Part shown: one piece after another, positions 7,780 through 18,473 of the stretch
How the letters are laid out: every line of letters starts with the position of its first letter
Numbering within the stretch: the first letter of the stretch is position 1
Translations under genes and position numbers: made by a program
Notes under the pieces: generated by a model
Seen by the model: only the letters and a program-made list of their open reading frames with translations
Databases searched by the model: none
What the model was told of the DNA's origin: nothing
Source of the DNA: Thermodesulfobacteriota bacterium
Lineage (GTDB): Bacteria; Desulfobacterota; Binatia; Bin18
Assembly: GCA_964291405.2 (NCBI GenBank)
Contig: OZ219926.1
Span: 3,744,001-3,808,000, forward strand
DNA length: 64,000 nucleotides
Direction: 5' to 3'

Positions 7780-9934
7780 GATTCTTTAACGGCAACGAAC
7801 GAATGCGCCTGCCAGTTGCCGCAAAGATGGCATTACACAGCGCCGGTGCAAGCGGGGCCATGCCCGGCTCGCCCACGCCACCCCAAAAACCGCCGGTCGG
7901 CTTGAGGATCACCTCAACCGTGGGCATCTCGGCTATCCGCATCATCCGGTAGTCATGAAAATTTGACTGTTCAACCCGGCCCTCCTTAATGGTGATCTCT
8001 CCGTACAGCGCGGCTGTCAGGCCGTAGACCACGCTACCTTCGAGTTGAGCCCGGACCGAGTCGGGATTGGCCACATAGCCGCAGTCAATACCGACAACCA
8101 CGCGATGGATGGTCAACTCACCTGAGACATTGACCGAGGCCTCAATGACCGCCGCAGTATAGCTTTCGTAGGAGTCCTGCACGGCAATCCCGCGGTGTAC
8201 GCCTTCCGGCAGAGGGCTATCCCATCCGGCGGCCTCAGCGACCGCGTCCAGAATGGCCAAGTCCTTCGACGCCTGAGGGGTCTGGAGGAGTACGCGTCGA
8301 AATTGGTACGGGTCCTGTCCGGCCGCATGGGCTAACTCATCAATAAAACTCTCCCGAAAGAACGGATTATGGGTGTGCGCCACCGCCCGCCACGGCCCTG
8401 GCGGCACGTGGGTGTTACGCATGGCGTATTCCATATGCATGTTCGGAAAGGCATACGGCGTGTCGGCAAAGGTCCGAACACCGACGATATCAACCCCGTC
8501 CCGAATCAGATGAGGGCGGACTGCACTGAAAATCGACTGCTCGGCCTGGCGCACGGTCCAGGCGGTTGGTTCTCCGGCCGCGTTGAGCGCGGCTCTCATG
8601 CGAACCAGGGCTACCGGCCGATAGCGACCGTGCTGGATATCCTCTTCTCTGGACCAGATCAATTGCACCGGGGTGCCGGACATGGTTTTGGCAATCCTGA
8701 CAGCCTGGCGAACAAACTCGATATACAGCCCGCGCCGCCCGAACCCTCCCCCGAGATGAACCTTGTGGACCTCGACCCGACTCACCGGAACGTCCGCGGT
8801 TTCAGCGGTCACGGCCGCGGTGGCCTCACTGTTCTGGGCCGGTGCCCAGACGTCAACCCGCTTGTCCGTATACAGCGCCGTGCAGTTCTGCGGTTCCATG
8901 GTGGCGTGCTCAAGATAGGGGGCATAATAGTCGGCTTCGATCGTTGTGGCCGCGTCGGAAAACGCGCTGTCGATATCGCCTTCCTGACGTGAGACCGGTG
9001 CCTTTTCGAGTTGTATGCCCTCGCGCAGAAACTCCAGGATGCTGTCGCTGCTAACCTGAGCGTGCTCCCCAAAATCCCACTCAATCGGCAGCGCACGGAG
9101 CGCCTGCTGCGCGTTCCACCAGCTCTCTTTGGCAACAACGACGACCGCGTCTTCCAGAGGAACGACCTTGACCACCCCGCGCATGTCGGCAATTTTTTTT
9201 GCGTCTACGCCTTTCAGGCTGCCGCCGAACACCGGACACTGGGCAATCGCGGCATAGACCATGCCGGGCAGCCGGGTATCAATCGCAAACGCGGTCTTGC
9301 CAGTGACCTTATCCGGGATGTCGAACCGGGCGGCCGGTTGGCCCAAAAGGGTCCAGTCTGCGGGGTCTTTGAGCAGTGGATTTTCCGGAATGTCGAGCGT
9401 GGCTGCCTCGGCCGCCACCGCCCCGAAGCTGAGTTGTTGCTGGGTTGGGATATGGGTGATGAGGCTGTTCTCGGCGACACATTCCGCGACCGGCACACCC
9501 CAGCGCTGCGCGGCCGCGGCGGTCAACATCAGCCGGGCCGCGGCTCCGGCGGTACGCAGATAGTCCTGGCTGTCCCGGATCGACCGGCTGCCGCCGGTGA
9601 GCATGGTGCGAAAAATCCGATTACGCCGCAGATGTTCGCTGGTTGACGCATATTCGGCCTGTACCTTACTCCAGTCACAGGCCAACTCTTCGGCAACCAG
9701 CATGGGCAGGCCGGTAAAATTACCCTGGCCCATTTCCACCCGTGCCACGCGAATGATGATGGTATCATCCGGTCGAATCAGGACCCAGGCGGTCACTTCG
9801 GGACTGGTCTCAACCTGAGCACTCGCCTGCTCCGCCTCTGCCGCAGAAGACTTGGGAAGTGTCACTTCCAGGAGCAGTCCACCCCCGACCGCGGCCGAGC
9901 GTAACAAAAACGAACGACGGGACATATGTTTCAT
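7760..9934 (-). CDS. iorB: Xanthine oxidase-family molybdoprotein, isoquinoline 1-oxidoreductase beta / periplasmic aldehyde oxidoreductase-like
   Basis: Tat motif SRRSFL; EMGQG, TGGSRS, HATMEP, LGGGFGRR, WRAV, GGVGEP, RIRSLP. Confidence 0.88.
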   Translation of the reverse strand: MKHMSRRSFLLRSAAVGGGLLLEVTLPKSSAAEAEQASAQVETSPEVTAWVLIRPDDTIIIRVARVEMGQGNFTGLPMLVAEELACDWSKVQAEYASTSEHLRRNRIFRTMLTGGSRSIRDSQDYLRTAGAAARLMLTAAAAQRWGVPVAECVAENSLITHIPTQQQLSFGAVAAEAATLDIPENPLLKDPADWTLLGQPAARFDIPDKVTGKTAFAIDTRLPGMVYAAIAQCPVFGGSLKGVDAKKIADMRGVVKVVPLEDAVVVVAKESWWNAQQALRALPIEWDFGEHAQVSSDSILEFLREGIQLEKAPVSRQEGDIDSAFSDAATTIEADYYAPYLEHATMEPQNCTALYTDKRVDVWAPAQNSEATAAVTAETADVPVSRVEVHKVHLGGGFGRRGLYIEFVRQAVRIAKTMSGTPVQLIWSREEDIQHGRYRPVALVRMRAALNAAGEPTAWTVRQAEQSIFSAVRPHLIRDGVDIVGVRTFADTPYAFPNMHMEYAMRNTHVPPGPWRAVAHTHNPFFRESFIDELAHAAGQDPYQFRRVLLQTPQASKDLAILDAVAEAAGWDSPLPEGVHRGIAVQDSYESYTAAVIEASVNVSGELTIHRVVVGIDCGYVANPDSVRAQLEGSVVYGLTAALYGEITIKEGRVEQSNFHDYRMMRIAEMPTVEVILKPTGGFWGGVGEPGMAPLAPALCNAIFAATGRRIRSLPLKNHDLRPA

Positions 9935-9944
9935 CGGCACGTCT

Positions 9945-10418
9945 TTATCCTTTCATTTCGTCGTTCGAGCCAGATTTTTTGGCGGCCGTATGAATGGCGG
10001 CCCGAATACGCGTATACGTTCCGCACCGACAGATATTCGTTACGGCTTCGTTGATATCAGCGTCGGTTGGCTGAGGCTTTTTCTTCAGCAGCGCCGCGGC
10101 TGACATGATCATACCGGTCTGACAATACCCGCACTGCGGCACTTGATGCGTAATCCATGCCTGTTGTAAGGGGTGGCTGCCATCTGTAGAGAGCCCTTCT
10201 ATGGTCGTAATCTTCTTGCCCGCGGCAATAGAGACTGGTATGACGCACGAGCGCACCGGTTCACCGTCCAGATGGACGGTACAGGCTCCACACAGGGACA
10301 TGCCACAGCCGAATTTCGCCCCGGTCAGTCCCAGGATATCGCGCAAAACCCACAGCAGCCGCATGTTCGAGCTGACATCAACGCTGTGTTCCGTTCCGTT
10401 CACGGTCAGTGAAATCAT
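9945..10418 (-). CDS. iorA: 2x[2Fe-2S] small subunit
   Basis: [30 protein letters not shown]. Confidence 0.9.
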   Translation of the reverse strand: MISLTVNGTEHSVDVSSNMRLLWVLRDILGLTGAKFGCGMSLCGACTVHLDGEPVRSCVIPVSIAAGKKITTIEGLSTDGSHPLQQAWITHQVPQCGYCQTGMIMSAAALLKKKPQPTDADINEAVTNICRCGTYTRIRAAIHTAAKKSGSNDEMKG

Positions 10419-10447
10419 GCTGACTCCTTATCACCTCAACGCTTGCC

Positions 10448-12397
10448 TCACTTACACACGTGTGGACTCGGCGGCACGTCTAAAGCAGGGCTGCGTTCAA
10501 AAAAGCCCACCGGCATCAGACTGAAGCCGGCATACTCGACCGGCATCACCGGCCAATCTTCGGGTCGCGGAATATGAGTGAGGCCAAAGGTATGCCAGAC
10601 AACGATATCGGTGTTCTCGATATTGCGTCCACGTGAATAGCGAAGCAGGCCCTCACCGCCGGGGCTCTGAAGCGTGATGTCGCCGGCCGCGCTGAGTTCG
10701 TCCGGCGTAAACGCGGTGACCCACAGATTATGCTGGGCAAACCCGGCCCGCTGCCCCACATAGGAGTCCGCCTGGGCAAACAGCGTCGGCGTCGCGCCAG
10801 CAAGCAGCTTATAGCCGACCGGCACCCCCAGCCGGTTTGTCCGTTGCGGGTTGACGATCTTCCAACTCCGGCTGGCCCGCGGGTCAATATCCCGCCGCGC
10901 CTCATCCTCGGATGCCAGGAGCGTCGTCTTGGCGCGGAACTGCGTCCCGTGCGGATTGTCCGGTCCGTGCGGCACGGGTTCGACATCGACCTCGTAGACC
11001 GAGTTGTGCTCACCGTCCACATCAAAATCGAGCCGAAAACAGAACAGATGCTGGTGAATTGGGGAGGCCAGGTTAGGCGCAATCAGCGGAGCGAACTCGG
11101 GCTGCTCGGCCCCGGTTTCAACCGCGCTGACACCGACGATACCGGTCAGTTTGACCTCCATCTGAATCGTACCGTCCAGATACAAATACCAGAAGAAGCC
11201 ATACTCATAATTCCCGACCGTAAAGAACGAGCTGACCACCAAACGTCGCGAGCGCCGAACTTCCGTGGTCGCGGACAGCAGGTCCCGGTGCTTCCACAGT
11301 ACGCCGTAATCTTCTTCGTGCATGCAGATGGCGTTTTCGATCGTATAGACAGAACCGTCGGCCAGCAGCGTGGGCATATCAAAGTAATAGATTTCGCCCA
11401 GACAATCGCAGCCCAGGGTGAGTGAATTGGCCAGATTGCCCACACTCGCTTCGCTGGCATCCAGCACGTGTTTCCAGGTGTGCATGGGGTCGCGGTCGCC
11501 ATAGGGCACCACCATGTCCGCCAGCGATGCCCGATACAGGATGGACCGCCGCTCCCCGGCATCGTCATAACTCAGGGTATGCAGGACCAGGCCGTGCTGG
11601 GGGTGCATACCGACCCGGAACGACCATTTCTGCCATTCCACCGCGTATCCATCGACGCGGAAACTCGGCCCCTCGGGTTGGGTAATGGAAAGAGGTTTCA
11701 GGTCGGCCCGCAGTGAAGGCTGATGGCCGGCCTCGTACCGCCCGCTCTCCGGCGGCAGGGCGACCGCGCCGTGGTCTTCCAGATGGACCACCCGGCCCGC
11801 GGTCAGGTCCACGTGGGCAATCAGACCCTGGAGCGGACGGGCATAGCCGTTGTCGGTTTTGTCCTCACGCACAAAGGCAATCGTCCGGGCCAGGCGATGG
11901 GTAGGGTCCACGCCGTTGGGGAGCGGGCCACTGCCCGGCCACATATCGATTTGCACCCGGCGCATATCCTCGATGCCGCGCCGTCTCACCGCGGCCTGCC
12001 AGGCGGGGTCGGCTTTGGTGAGCTTGATCGATAGCATGAGGTCCATTCCCCCAAACGGCACTTGGCCGCTGCTGAGACGCTGCACCTCAAGCAGTTCTCC
12101 CGTCGTGATATTAACCCGCGCCGCAAAACTGCCGGCCTGCCTGCCGTTGGCGTACTCGTCCACCCCCAGGAAGCGTAGCACCCGGGCAAAAGGCACGCCT
12201 GGGGTAAAGGCCTTGACCTCATCCTTGGGCGGCTCCACCAGACTGACGCTGGAGAAGGCGACCTGACCGCTCAGTTCGCCCGAGCCTTTGAGGATGGCCA
12301 CGCCGCGCTCAATCTCGCTCTGGCTCAGCGGCTCCAGGGGATGCGTGGGGGCGGTCTGCACGTGGTCTTCCTGTATATTCTGTATGGCGCTGGTCAT
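10448..12397 (-). CDS. Copper/TPQ primary-amine oxidase
   Basis: HPLEPL N-terminus, LGCDCLG, TVGNYEY topaquinone consensus, HQH and HIPRPEDWPVMP copper-ligand motifs; no signal peptide. Confidence 0.93.
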   Translation of the reverse strand: MTSAIQNIQEDHVQTAPTHPLEPLSQSEIERGVAILKGSGELSGQVAFSSVSLVEPPKDEVKAFTPGVPFARVLRFLGVDEYANGRQAGSFAARVNITTGELLEVQRLSSGQVPFGGMDLMLSIKLTKADPAWQAAVRRRGIEDMRRVQIDMWPGSGPLPNGVDPTHRLARTIAFVREDKTDNGYARPLQGLIAHVDLTAGRVVHLEDHGAVALPPESGRYEAGHQPSLRADLKPLSITQPEGPSFRVDGYAVEWQKWSFRVGMHPQHGLVLHTLSYDDAGERRSILYRASLADMVVPYGDRDPMHTWKHVLDASEASVGNLANSLTLGCDCLGEIYYFDMPTLLADGSVYTIENAICMHEEDYGVLWKHRDLLSATTEVRRSRRLVVSSFFTVGNYEYGFFWYLYLDGTIQMEVKLTGIVGVSAVETGAEQPEFAPLIAPNLASPIHQHLFCFRLDFDVDGEHNSVYEVDVEPVPHGPDNPHGTQFRAKTTLLASEDEARRDIDPRASRSWKIVNPQRTNRLGVPVGYKLLAGATPTLFAQADSYVGQRAGFAQHNLWVTAFTPDELSAAGDITLQSPGGEGLLRYSRGRNIENTDIVVWHTFGLTHIPRPEDWPVMPVEYAGFSLMPVGFFERSPALDVPPSPHVCK

Positions 12398-12438
12398 ACT
12401 GGTTTCTCCTTTAGTAACGTGCCATCAGGGCGACCCGT

Positions 12439-13185
12439 TCAGCGTCCGCCCGAAATATCGTAGATCGTGGTGGTGACGTACGAGGCCTCATCCGTGCAGA
12501 TCCACACCACCAGATTGGCCACCTCTTCGGGCTCGCAGATACGCCCCAGGACCGTCTGCGCTTTGGCAATGGCTTCGGCCCGCTCAATGCCGATACTCGC
12601 TTCAAAAATTTCCGTCCGGGTAATTCCGGGCCGCACGCAACAGACCCGGATCCCCTCGGGTCCGACTTCCCTGGACAGGCCCATGGTAAAGGAATCAAGC
12701 GCACCCTTGCTGGAGGCGTAGACCACATCACCCGGCAGCCCACCGTACCGCGAGGAAATGGAGCCGACGTTGACGATCACGCCTCCGGCGCCACCACGTT
12801 TGGTGGACATACGTTTAATGGCCTCGCGAGCGCTTACGAACACGCCAAAGATATTGAGATTATAAACTCCCCGGATACGCTCCAACTTGGCGTCGACGAC
12901 CGCCGTCTCATAGTCGATCGCGGCATTATTCACCAGGGCGGTGACCGGGCCGAGTTCGGCATCGGTCCGGCGAAACAACTCAACAACGCCCTCTTCCGTT
13001 CCCACATCAGCTTGCACGGCAATCGCCCGTTGCCCGGCCTGGGTCACGTCGTGGACCACCTCTTCGGCCCGGTCCTTGGCACGCGCATAATTGACGCATA
13101 CGTCAAACCCGGCCCGCGCCGCTCGCCGTGAAATAGCGGCTCCAATGCCGCGACTTCCTCCCGTCACGATCATGACACCCGACAT
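12439..13185 (-). CDS. SDR family oxidoreductase
   Basis: TGGSRGIG, LVNNA, YASSK. Confidence 0.9.
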   Translation of the reverse strand: MSGVMIVTGGSRGIGAAISRRAARAGFDVCVNYARAKDRAEEVVHDVTQAGQRAIAVQADVGTEEGVVELFRRTDAELGPVTALVNNAAIDYETAVVDAKLERIRGVYNLNIFGVFVSAREAIKRMSTKRGGAGGVIVNVGSISSRYGGLPGDVVYASSKGALDSFTMGLSREVGPEGIRVCCVRPGITRTEIFEASIGIERAEAIAKAQTVLGRICEPEEVANLVVWICTDEASYVTTTIYDISGGR

Positions 13186-13198
13186 CCTGTCTCCTTTT

Positions 13199-15265
13199 TT
13201 AGAGGGCAATCGTCAGCAGAGAACTGCCGTCGGCCTGGACGGTCAGCCGGTCAGCCGGGTTGACGACCACCGTGGTCGTGGCGAACTCAACGATAGCCGG
13301 GCCGGTGAGCTGGTCACCCGCCGCCAGCGCGTCGCCCTGATAAATGTCGGTTTCCACCTCGGCATTGACCCCGGCCATATAGGCCATGCGTCGGCTGGTC
13401 GGTTGTGGCCGGCCCGCGGCCTGTTTGGCCAGCCGCCCCTCGGGGGCGGGGCGGTTACCCGTGGCGGCGATCCGCCAGTGCAGGCACTCAATGGGCTGGT
13501 CGCGCATCGAATAGGTAAATCGCCGCTCGTGCTCGTCATGAAAGTCGGCTTCGAGTCGCCGCAAGAGGTCGGCGTCAATCGGTCCTTCTGGCAGCGGTAC
13601 CGTCAGGTTGTGAACCTGGCCCGGATAGCGTCCCTCCAGGTGCCGGGCGAACCGAACCTCTTCGGGCTGAAAGCCCTCCTCCTCAAGATGGGCGCCGCCC
13701 TCGGCGATCAAGTCGTCAAACACCCGGGCGATGTCCGTGGCAGCGCCTGACTGATTCGTATAGCAGTGGTGGAGGCGCACATAGTCATGCCGCACCGGCG
13801 TAACCGCCATACCGAACGCGCACAGCCCACCCGCGGAGCGCGGAATCAGCACCTCTCCGATCTCAAGCATGCGGGCCAACTCGGCCGCGTGCAGGCCACC
13901 CGCACCGCCGCCCGCAACCATGACATAGTCGCGAGGATCGATGCCGCGCTCAATCGAGACCGCTCGGATGGCCGAGGCCATATTCGAGTTCACGATGGTC
14001 AGGATGCCGGCCGCTGCCTCGCGGACGGACAGTCCCAACGGCGTGGCAATATGTTCGGCGATGGCCCGTTGTGCGAGGCTCTCGTCGAGGGAACGCCGTC
14101 CGCCCAGAAACGCACCGGGCGACATCCGCCCGACGGCCAGGTTGGCGTCGGTGACTGCGGGCGCACGGCCACCCCGGCCATAACAGGCCGGACCCGGCTG
14201 GGAACCTGCGCTCTGTGGTCCAACCCGCATCGCCTTGCCGCTGTCGAGCCAGGCAATGGAGCCGCCACCGGCGCCGATCGATAGCACTTCGACCCCATTC
14301 ACCCCGATAGGCTGGTGGGCAACCTTAATATCGGTTGACATGACCGGTTCGCTGTCGCGCAGCATGCAGACGTCGAAGCTGGTCCCGCCCATGTCGATAA
14401 TGATCAGCCGGTCGGGGGCTTTGGTATCCGAGGCGTAGTGCGCACCCGCGGCCGGTCCGGCCGCGGGACCCGAGGCCACCGCGTTGACAGGTCGGGCCAA
14501 AAGGTCCGGCACAGACGCACAGCCGCCGTTGACCTGCATGATCTGGGGCGGGTGGGGCAGGCCGCCGGCCACCATCTCTTTCTCAAAGGCGCGTAGATAG
14601 TCACCGATAATAGGCGCGATATAGGCCGACAGCACGGTTGCCGAGGTGCGTTCCCACTCGCGAATCTCCGGCAGGACATCGGAAGAGCACAGCACATCGA
14701 CGCCGGGCAGCTCCTCGCGCACGATCTCTGCGGTTCGTCTTTCGTGGCTCGGATCGACGATGGACCACAGATAGGCAACCGCCACCGCTTTGACGCCGTG
14801 GGCGCCGAGCCGCTGGGCCGCGACGCGAACCGCCTCTTCGTCGAGCGGCAGGACCTCGGAGCCGTCTGCGCCGGTACGCTCGGGAATGCCCAGACGCAAA
14901 TAGCGTGGAATAAAGTCCTCGGGCTTCTGGAGGTGGATGTTGAATCGCTCGGGCTTCCCGCCCCGGCCCAGATACATGATATCCCGGAGCCCCTGGGTAC
15001 ACAGCAGGCCAATGACCGGACCGTTGCGCTGTATCAGGGCGTTGGTCGCCATGGTCTGGCCGTGAACCAGAAATTCCGTCTCACGCAAAAGCTCTGCGAC
15101 CGTGGTCCCTGCTTCCCCGGCCATCCCGCTGAGCCCCCGCGTAATCGCGAGCAGCGGTTGGTCAGGAGTCGAGTCTTCTTTGTAGACGTGGAACCTGCCG
15201 TCGTCGCGCAGCAGGACCACATCGGTGAAGGTGCCGCCGATATCGATACCGACTCGATGCCCCAT
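13199..15265 (-). CDS. Hydantoinase A / oxoprolinase ATP-binding subunit
   Basis: GIDIGGTFTD, SGPAAG, DMGGTSFDV, GAGGGS, VGPQSAG..PGPACY. Confidence 0.93.
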   Translation of the reverse strand: MGHRVGIDIGGTFTDVVLLRDDGRFHVYKEDSTPDQPLLAITRGLSGMAGEAGTTVAELLRETEFLVHGQTMATNALIQRNGPVIGLLCTQGLRDIMYLGRGGKPERFNIHLQKPEDFIPRYLRLGIPERTGADGSEVLPLDEEAVRVAAQRLGAHGVKAVAVAYLWSIVDPSHERRTAEIVREELPGVDVLCSSDVLPEIREWERTSATVLSAYIAPIIGDYLRAFEKEMVAGGLPHPPQIMQVNGGCASVPDLLARPVNAVASGPAAGPAAGAHYASDTKAPDRLIIIDMGGTSFDVCMLRDSEPVMSTDIKVAHQPIGVNGVEVLSIGAGGGSIAWLDSGKAMRVGPQSAGSQPGPACYGRGGRAPAVTDANLAVGRMSPGAFLGGRRSLDESLAQRAIAEHIATPLGLSVREAAAGILTIVNSNMASAIRAVSIERGIDPRDYVMVAGGGAGGLHAAELARMLEIGEVLIPRSAGGLCAFGMAVTPVRHDYVRLHHCYTNQSGAATDIARVFDDLIAEGGAHLEEEGFQPEEVRFARHLEGRYPGQVHNLTVPLPEGPIDADLLRRLEADFHDEHERRFTYSMRDQPIECLHWRIAATGNRPAPEGRLAKQAAGRPQPTSRRMAYMAGVNAEVETDIYQGDALAAGDQLTGPAIVEFATTTVVVNPADRLTVQADGSSLLTIAL

Positions 15266-15267
15266 GT

Positions 15268-17193
15268 TTAGGTCTCCTGCGGCGGAGCGCTGAAGTTCCG
15301 GGCGATGGTCGGGGCTTCGAGATAGCGGTCGCCGGGGCGCATGTTCTGCTGCGTCCACGTGCCGGCAGCCGGGGTGGTGGGCTCGATCATCGGGCGTTCG
15401 TTCTTACGCATTTCGGCCCGGAGCTTTTCGGTCGCGGCAACGTCGAGGCTGCGCTCAAGATCGTCCTTGACCACCACGCCAAACACGTTGTAGGCCGTGT
15501 CTTCGCTGATCCACTCGTCCCGCAGATCGCGGCGCACCTGTTCCGGGTCGCGGTCAAGCGGGTTGCCCCAGCCGCCGCCGCCTGCGGACACCCCGTTCCA
15601 GGTTTCGCCTTCGCGAATCAGTAATTGCCCCGCGGAGGAGGTAAACGTCCGGCTGCCATCAGCGTGCTCAATATAGATGCCGCCGCCTGGGCTCATGGTA
15701 CCGCCGTTCACCCCGTGCGGCGGGTTCTTCAGGCCCTCACCAAAGCCGACACACTCCATGTCACCGGCAATCGGCCGATAGCGCGTGCGCAGCCCTGGCC
15801 CACCGATCCACTTTCCCATGCCTATGGCATCGGTCTCAATCTCGTTCTGCTCGACGCGGATCGGATAGAGCAACTCCAACTGCTCGATCGAGGCCGAGGT
15901 GAGCCCGCCCATGCCGGCGATGGTGCACAGGACTGGCCACCCATCGGCGTCCTTTGCCGCGCCCTGGCCCCCACCGCTGTTGAACAGCATACAGCCCCAC
16001 TCCTTGCCGGTTCGGGAATCAACCCCGTTAAAATTCGGAACATGAGCGGTGTGCGCCCCGCCCGCGGGCACACGCTCGGGGATGGCCTCAGCCATGGCGA
16101 TATTGATCACCTCGTGCATAGGGTCGGCCGGATTCTGGGTTGCCCCTGCCACCGCGGCCGGCCACTTGGCCAGGCAGATGGTGTTGTCGTCGGCGTTGGC
16201 GCTGATGTGTTGCAGCACACCGTGGTTATGAGGAATGTCGGAGTCAATATAGTACAGGAAGGGGATCGTCGAGGTTGCCATCATGACCGCATAGGTCGCG
16301 TTGAACGAGCCGGTGGACGGCGGCCCCCCGCTGTAGTGCACGTGGATATCCGCGCCCTTCTTGGTGATGGTGGCCCGGATCGGGATATCGGTGGCCCCAT
16401 TGCCGTCGGTATCGGTCCAGGTCTCGCCGTGGTAGATGCCGTCGGGAATCGCGCGGAACTCCTCCGACGCGCGCTGGTCGGCGTAATCCATGAGCCCGTC
16501 GCTATAGCGCACGACCTCGTCGCGGCCGTACTGCTCGCACAGCTCGATCAGTCCCTTGCGGGCCACGCCACAGGCCCCGAGCTGGGCGCGCAGGTCGCCG
16601 TGCAGGGCGTCCCGATAGCGCACGTTGGCGAGATACAGCTCGACAATATCGTGGCGTTCGATCCCGCGGTCGACCAGCTTGGTCGGCGGAATGACGATGC
16701 CCTCCTGGAAGATCGTCTTTGCCGCAGGCACGATGCTCGACGCTTCGATAGCACCGGTATCGAGCTGATGGCCACGCGCCACGGTCCAGAACACCTGCTT
16801 GCCGTCCACAAAGACCGGCTGGGCCGTCACCAGGTCCGGGATATGGGTGTTGCCCCGATAGGGGTCGTTCGACATATACACGTCGCCGTCGTGGATATCG
16901 TCCCCAAACACGGAGACAATTTCCATCAGCAGGGTCCGAATGCTGTTGCAGTGGATAGGCAGGCAATCGGCCATGGTGACCTGACGCGGCCCGCTAGAGT
17001 GGGCGTCGTAGATCATGCACGAGTAGTCGCGGGCCAGGGCGATAACCGAGGTCCAGGCCGTCTGCTCCATGGCCAGGGTCATCTCCTGACCGATGGCTTC
17101 AAAGCGGTTGCGGATCACACTAAAAGTGATGGGGTCGAACGCTGCCTCCGTGGGCGGCAGAGGGATGGCATCAATCTTACTGGCCGTTGCCAT
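15268..17193 (-). CDS. Hydantoinase B / oxoprolinase catalytic subunit
   Basis: DPITFSVI, ARDYSC, NDPYRGNTHIPD, GGGGWGNP. Confidence 0.92.
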   Translation of the reverse strand: MATASKIDAIPLPPTEAAFDPITFSVIRNRFEAIGQEMTLAMEQTAWTSVIALARDYSCMIYDAHSSGPRQVTMADCLPIHCNSIRTLLMEIVSVFGDDIHDGDVYMSNDPYRGNTHIPDLVTAQPVFVDGKQVFWTVARGHQLDTGAIEASSIVPAAKTIFQEGIVIPPTKLVDRGIERHDIVELYLANVRYRDALHGDLRAQLGACGVARKGLIELCEQYGRDEVVRYSDGLMDYADQRASEEFRAIPDGIYHGETWTDTDGNGATDIPIRATITKKGADIHVHYSGGPPSTGSFNATYAVMMATSTIPFLYYIDSDIPHNHGVLQHISANADDNTICLAKWPAAVAGATQNPADPMHEVINIAMAEAIPERVPAGGAHTAHVPNFNGVDSRTGKEWGCMLFNSGGGQGAAKDADGWPVLCTIAGMGGLTSASIEQLELLYPIRVEQNEIETDAIGMGKWIGGPGLRTRYRPIAGDMECVGFGEGLKNPPHGVNGGTMSPGGGIYIEHADGSRTFTSSAGQLLIREGETWNGVSAGGGGWGNPLDRDPEQVRRDLRDEWISEDTAYNVFGVVVKDDLERSLDVAATEKLRAEMRKNERPMIEPTTPAAGTWTQQNMRPGDRYLEAPTIARNFSAPPQET

Positions 17194-17535
17194 GGGTGCA
17201 CTCCTTTACAAAACGGTTCTACTCACAGACCGGGCTACCACAGGAAAACGTCTCCGAATCGTAAACGCTGAGGCGTGAAGAATCAATGCGTTCCGCTGGG
17301 TAAGCGTGGGCTGACTGGCAGCGCCTGGGAGTGAGGACCATATTGGCGTGGTAACAGAATAGTCAGAATTTTGTCATTGCGGATCTAGAGTGAGAGAGGT
17401 ACGGCGGCAGAGTGGGGACGGGTGGTGGGACCGCTTCCCAAATCGATCTCAGGCGGGCATACTCGACTTGGTCGGGCAAAAGGCGGTCCCGAACTCAACC
17501 TGGAAGGGCCATGCGTGCCTCAGGAGGGAAACCCC

Positions 17536-18399
17536 ATGCATACCCTCACCTTGTCTCCATTGCATCCCGTGTTTGTTGCCGAAGTCCAGGGGCTGGACCT
17601 GCGGCAGCCAATTGATGCAGATTTAGCAGCCGAGATTGAGGCGGCTCTGGATGAGTTCGCCATATTGGTCTTCCGCGACCAGGTTCTGGACGAATCCCAG
17701 CAGATGGCGTTTACCCGCGCACTCGGTCCCGTTGATATGGGGCTGCTCAAGGTGTTGCAGCGGCGGAGTCGATTCAAAGAGGCCGGGATGATCGACATCT
17801 CCAACGTTGATCTCGAAAGCCAGATTCTAGAGCGGGACGACCCGCGCCTGATTACCATGCTGGCCAACCAGCTCTGGCACAGCGACAGCTCGTTCAAGCA
17901 CCCGGCGGCCAAGTATTCCTTGCTGCTGGCCTGTATTGTGCCCGAGCAGGGAGGGGAAACCGAGTTCGCTGATATGCGTGCGGCCTATGACGCTCTGCCG
18001 GACGATGTCAGGGGGGAGATCGAAGGGCTGGTGGTCGAACACTCTGCCTTTCATTCGCGTATTCAGCTCGGCGATCAGCAATACACGCCGGAAGATTTGG
18101 CCAAGTATCCAACCGTGGAATGGCCTATCGTCCGTACTCATCCGGGCTCCCGGCGGAAGACACTCTTTATCGGGGCGCATGCCACGCGCATTGTGGAACG
18201 GCCCGTCCCGGAAGGACGGCTCTTGCTCGCCGAGCTCTTAGAGCATGCGACGCAACGTCGGTTTGTGTACCGCCATACCTGGCGTCCGGGTGATCTGGTG
18301 ATCTGGGACAATCGCGCTGTCCTGCATCGCGGCCGCCGCTACGATCTTTCCCAGCGGCGTGAGTTGCGCCGGAGTACGGTCGAAGACGTCCGGGTGTGA
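17536..18399 (+). CDS. TauD/TfdA family Fe(II)/2-oxoglutarate dioxygenase
   Basis: NQLWHSDSSF, GGETEFADMRAAYD, WDNRAVLHRG; AGGAGG RBS before ATG 17536. Confidence 0.92.
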   Translation: MHTLTLSPLHPVFVAEVQGLDLRQPIDADLAAEIEAALDEFAILVFRDQVLDESQQMAFTRALGPVDMGLLKVLQRRSRFKEAGMIDISNVDLESQILERDDPRLITMLANQLWHSDSSFKHPAAKYSLLLACIVPEQGGETEFADMRAAYDALPDDVRGEIEGLVVEHSAFHSRIQLGDQQYTPEDLAKYPTVEWPIVRTHPGSRRKTLFIGAHATRIVERPVPEGRLLLAELLEHATQRRFVYRHTWRPGDLVIWDNRAVLHRGRRYDLSQRRELRRSTVEDVRV

Positions 18400-18473
18400 G
18401 ACGTCTCTCCCCAGCCTCCCTTTGTCTCTTCGGCGTGTGAACGCTATAGTCCGAACCCACAGGAGGTAGTGCG

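Noticed and set aside
15625-17271. 548-aa plus-strand ORF and similar long antisense ORFs (38212..39183, 47522..48514, 54913..56037, 30407..31297)
   Set aside because: Antisense shadows of well-supported high-GC genes; no recognisable domains.
17194-17535. Riboswitch or ncRNA in the long divergent intergenic region
   Set aside because: No recognisable aptamer consensus by eye; an Rfam/Infernal scan would be needed.
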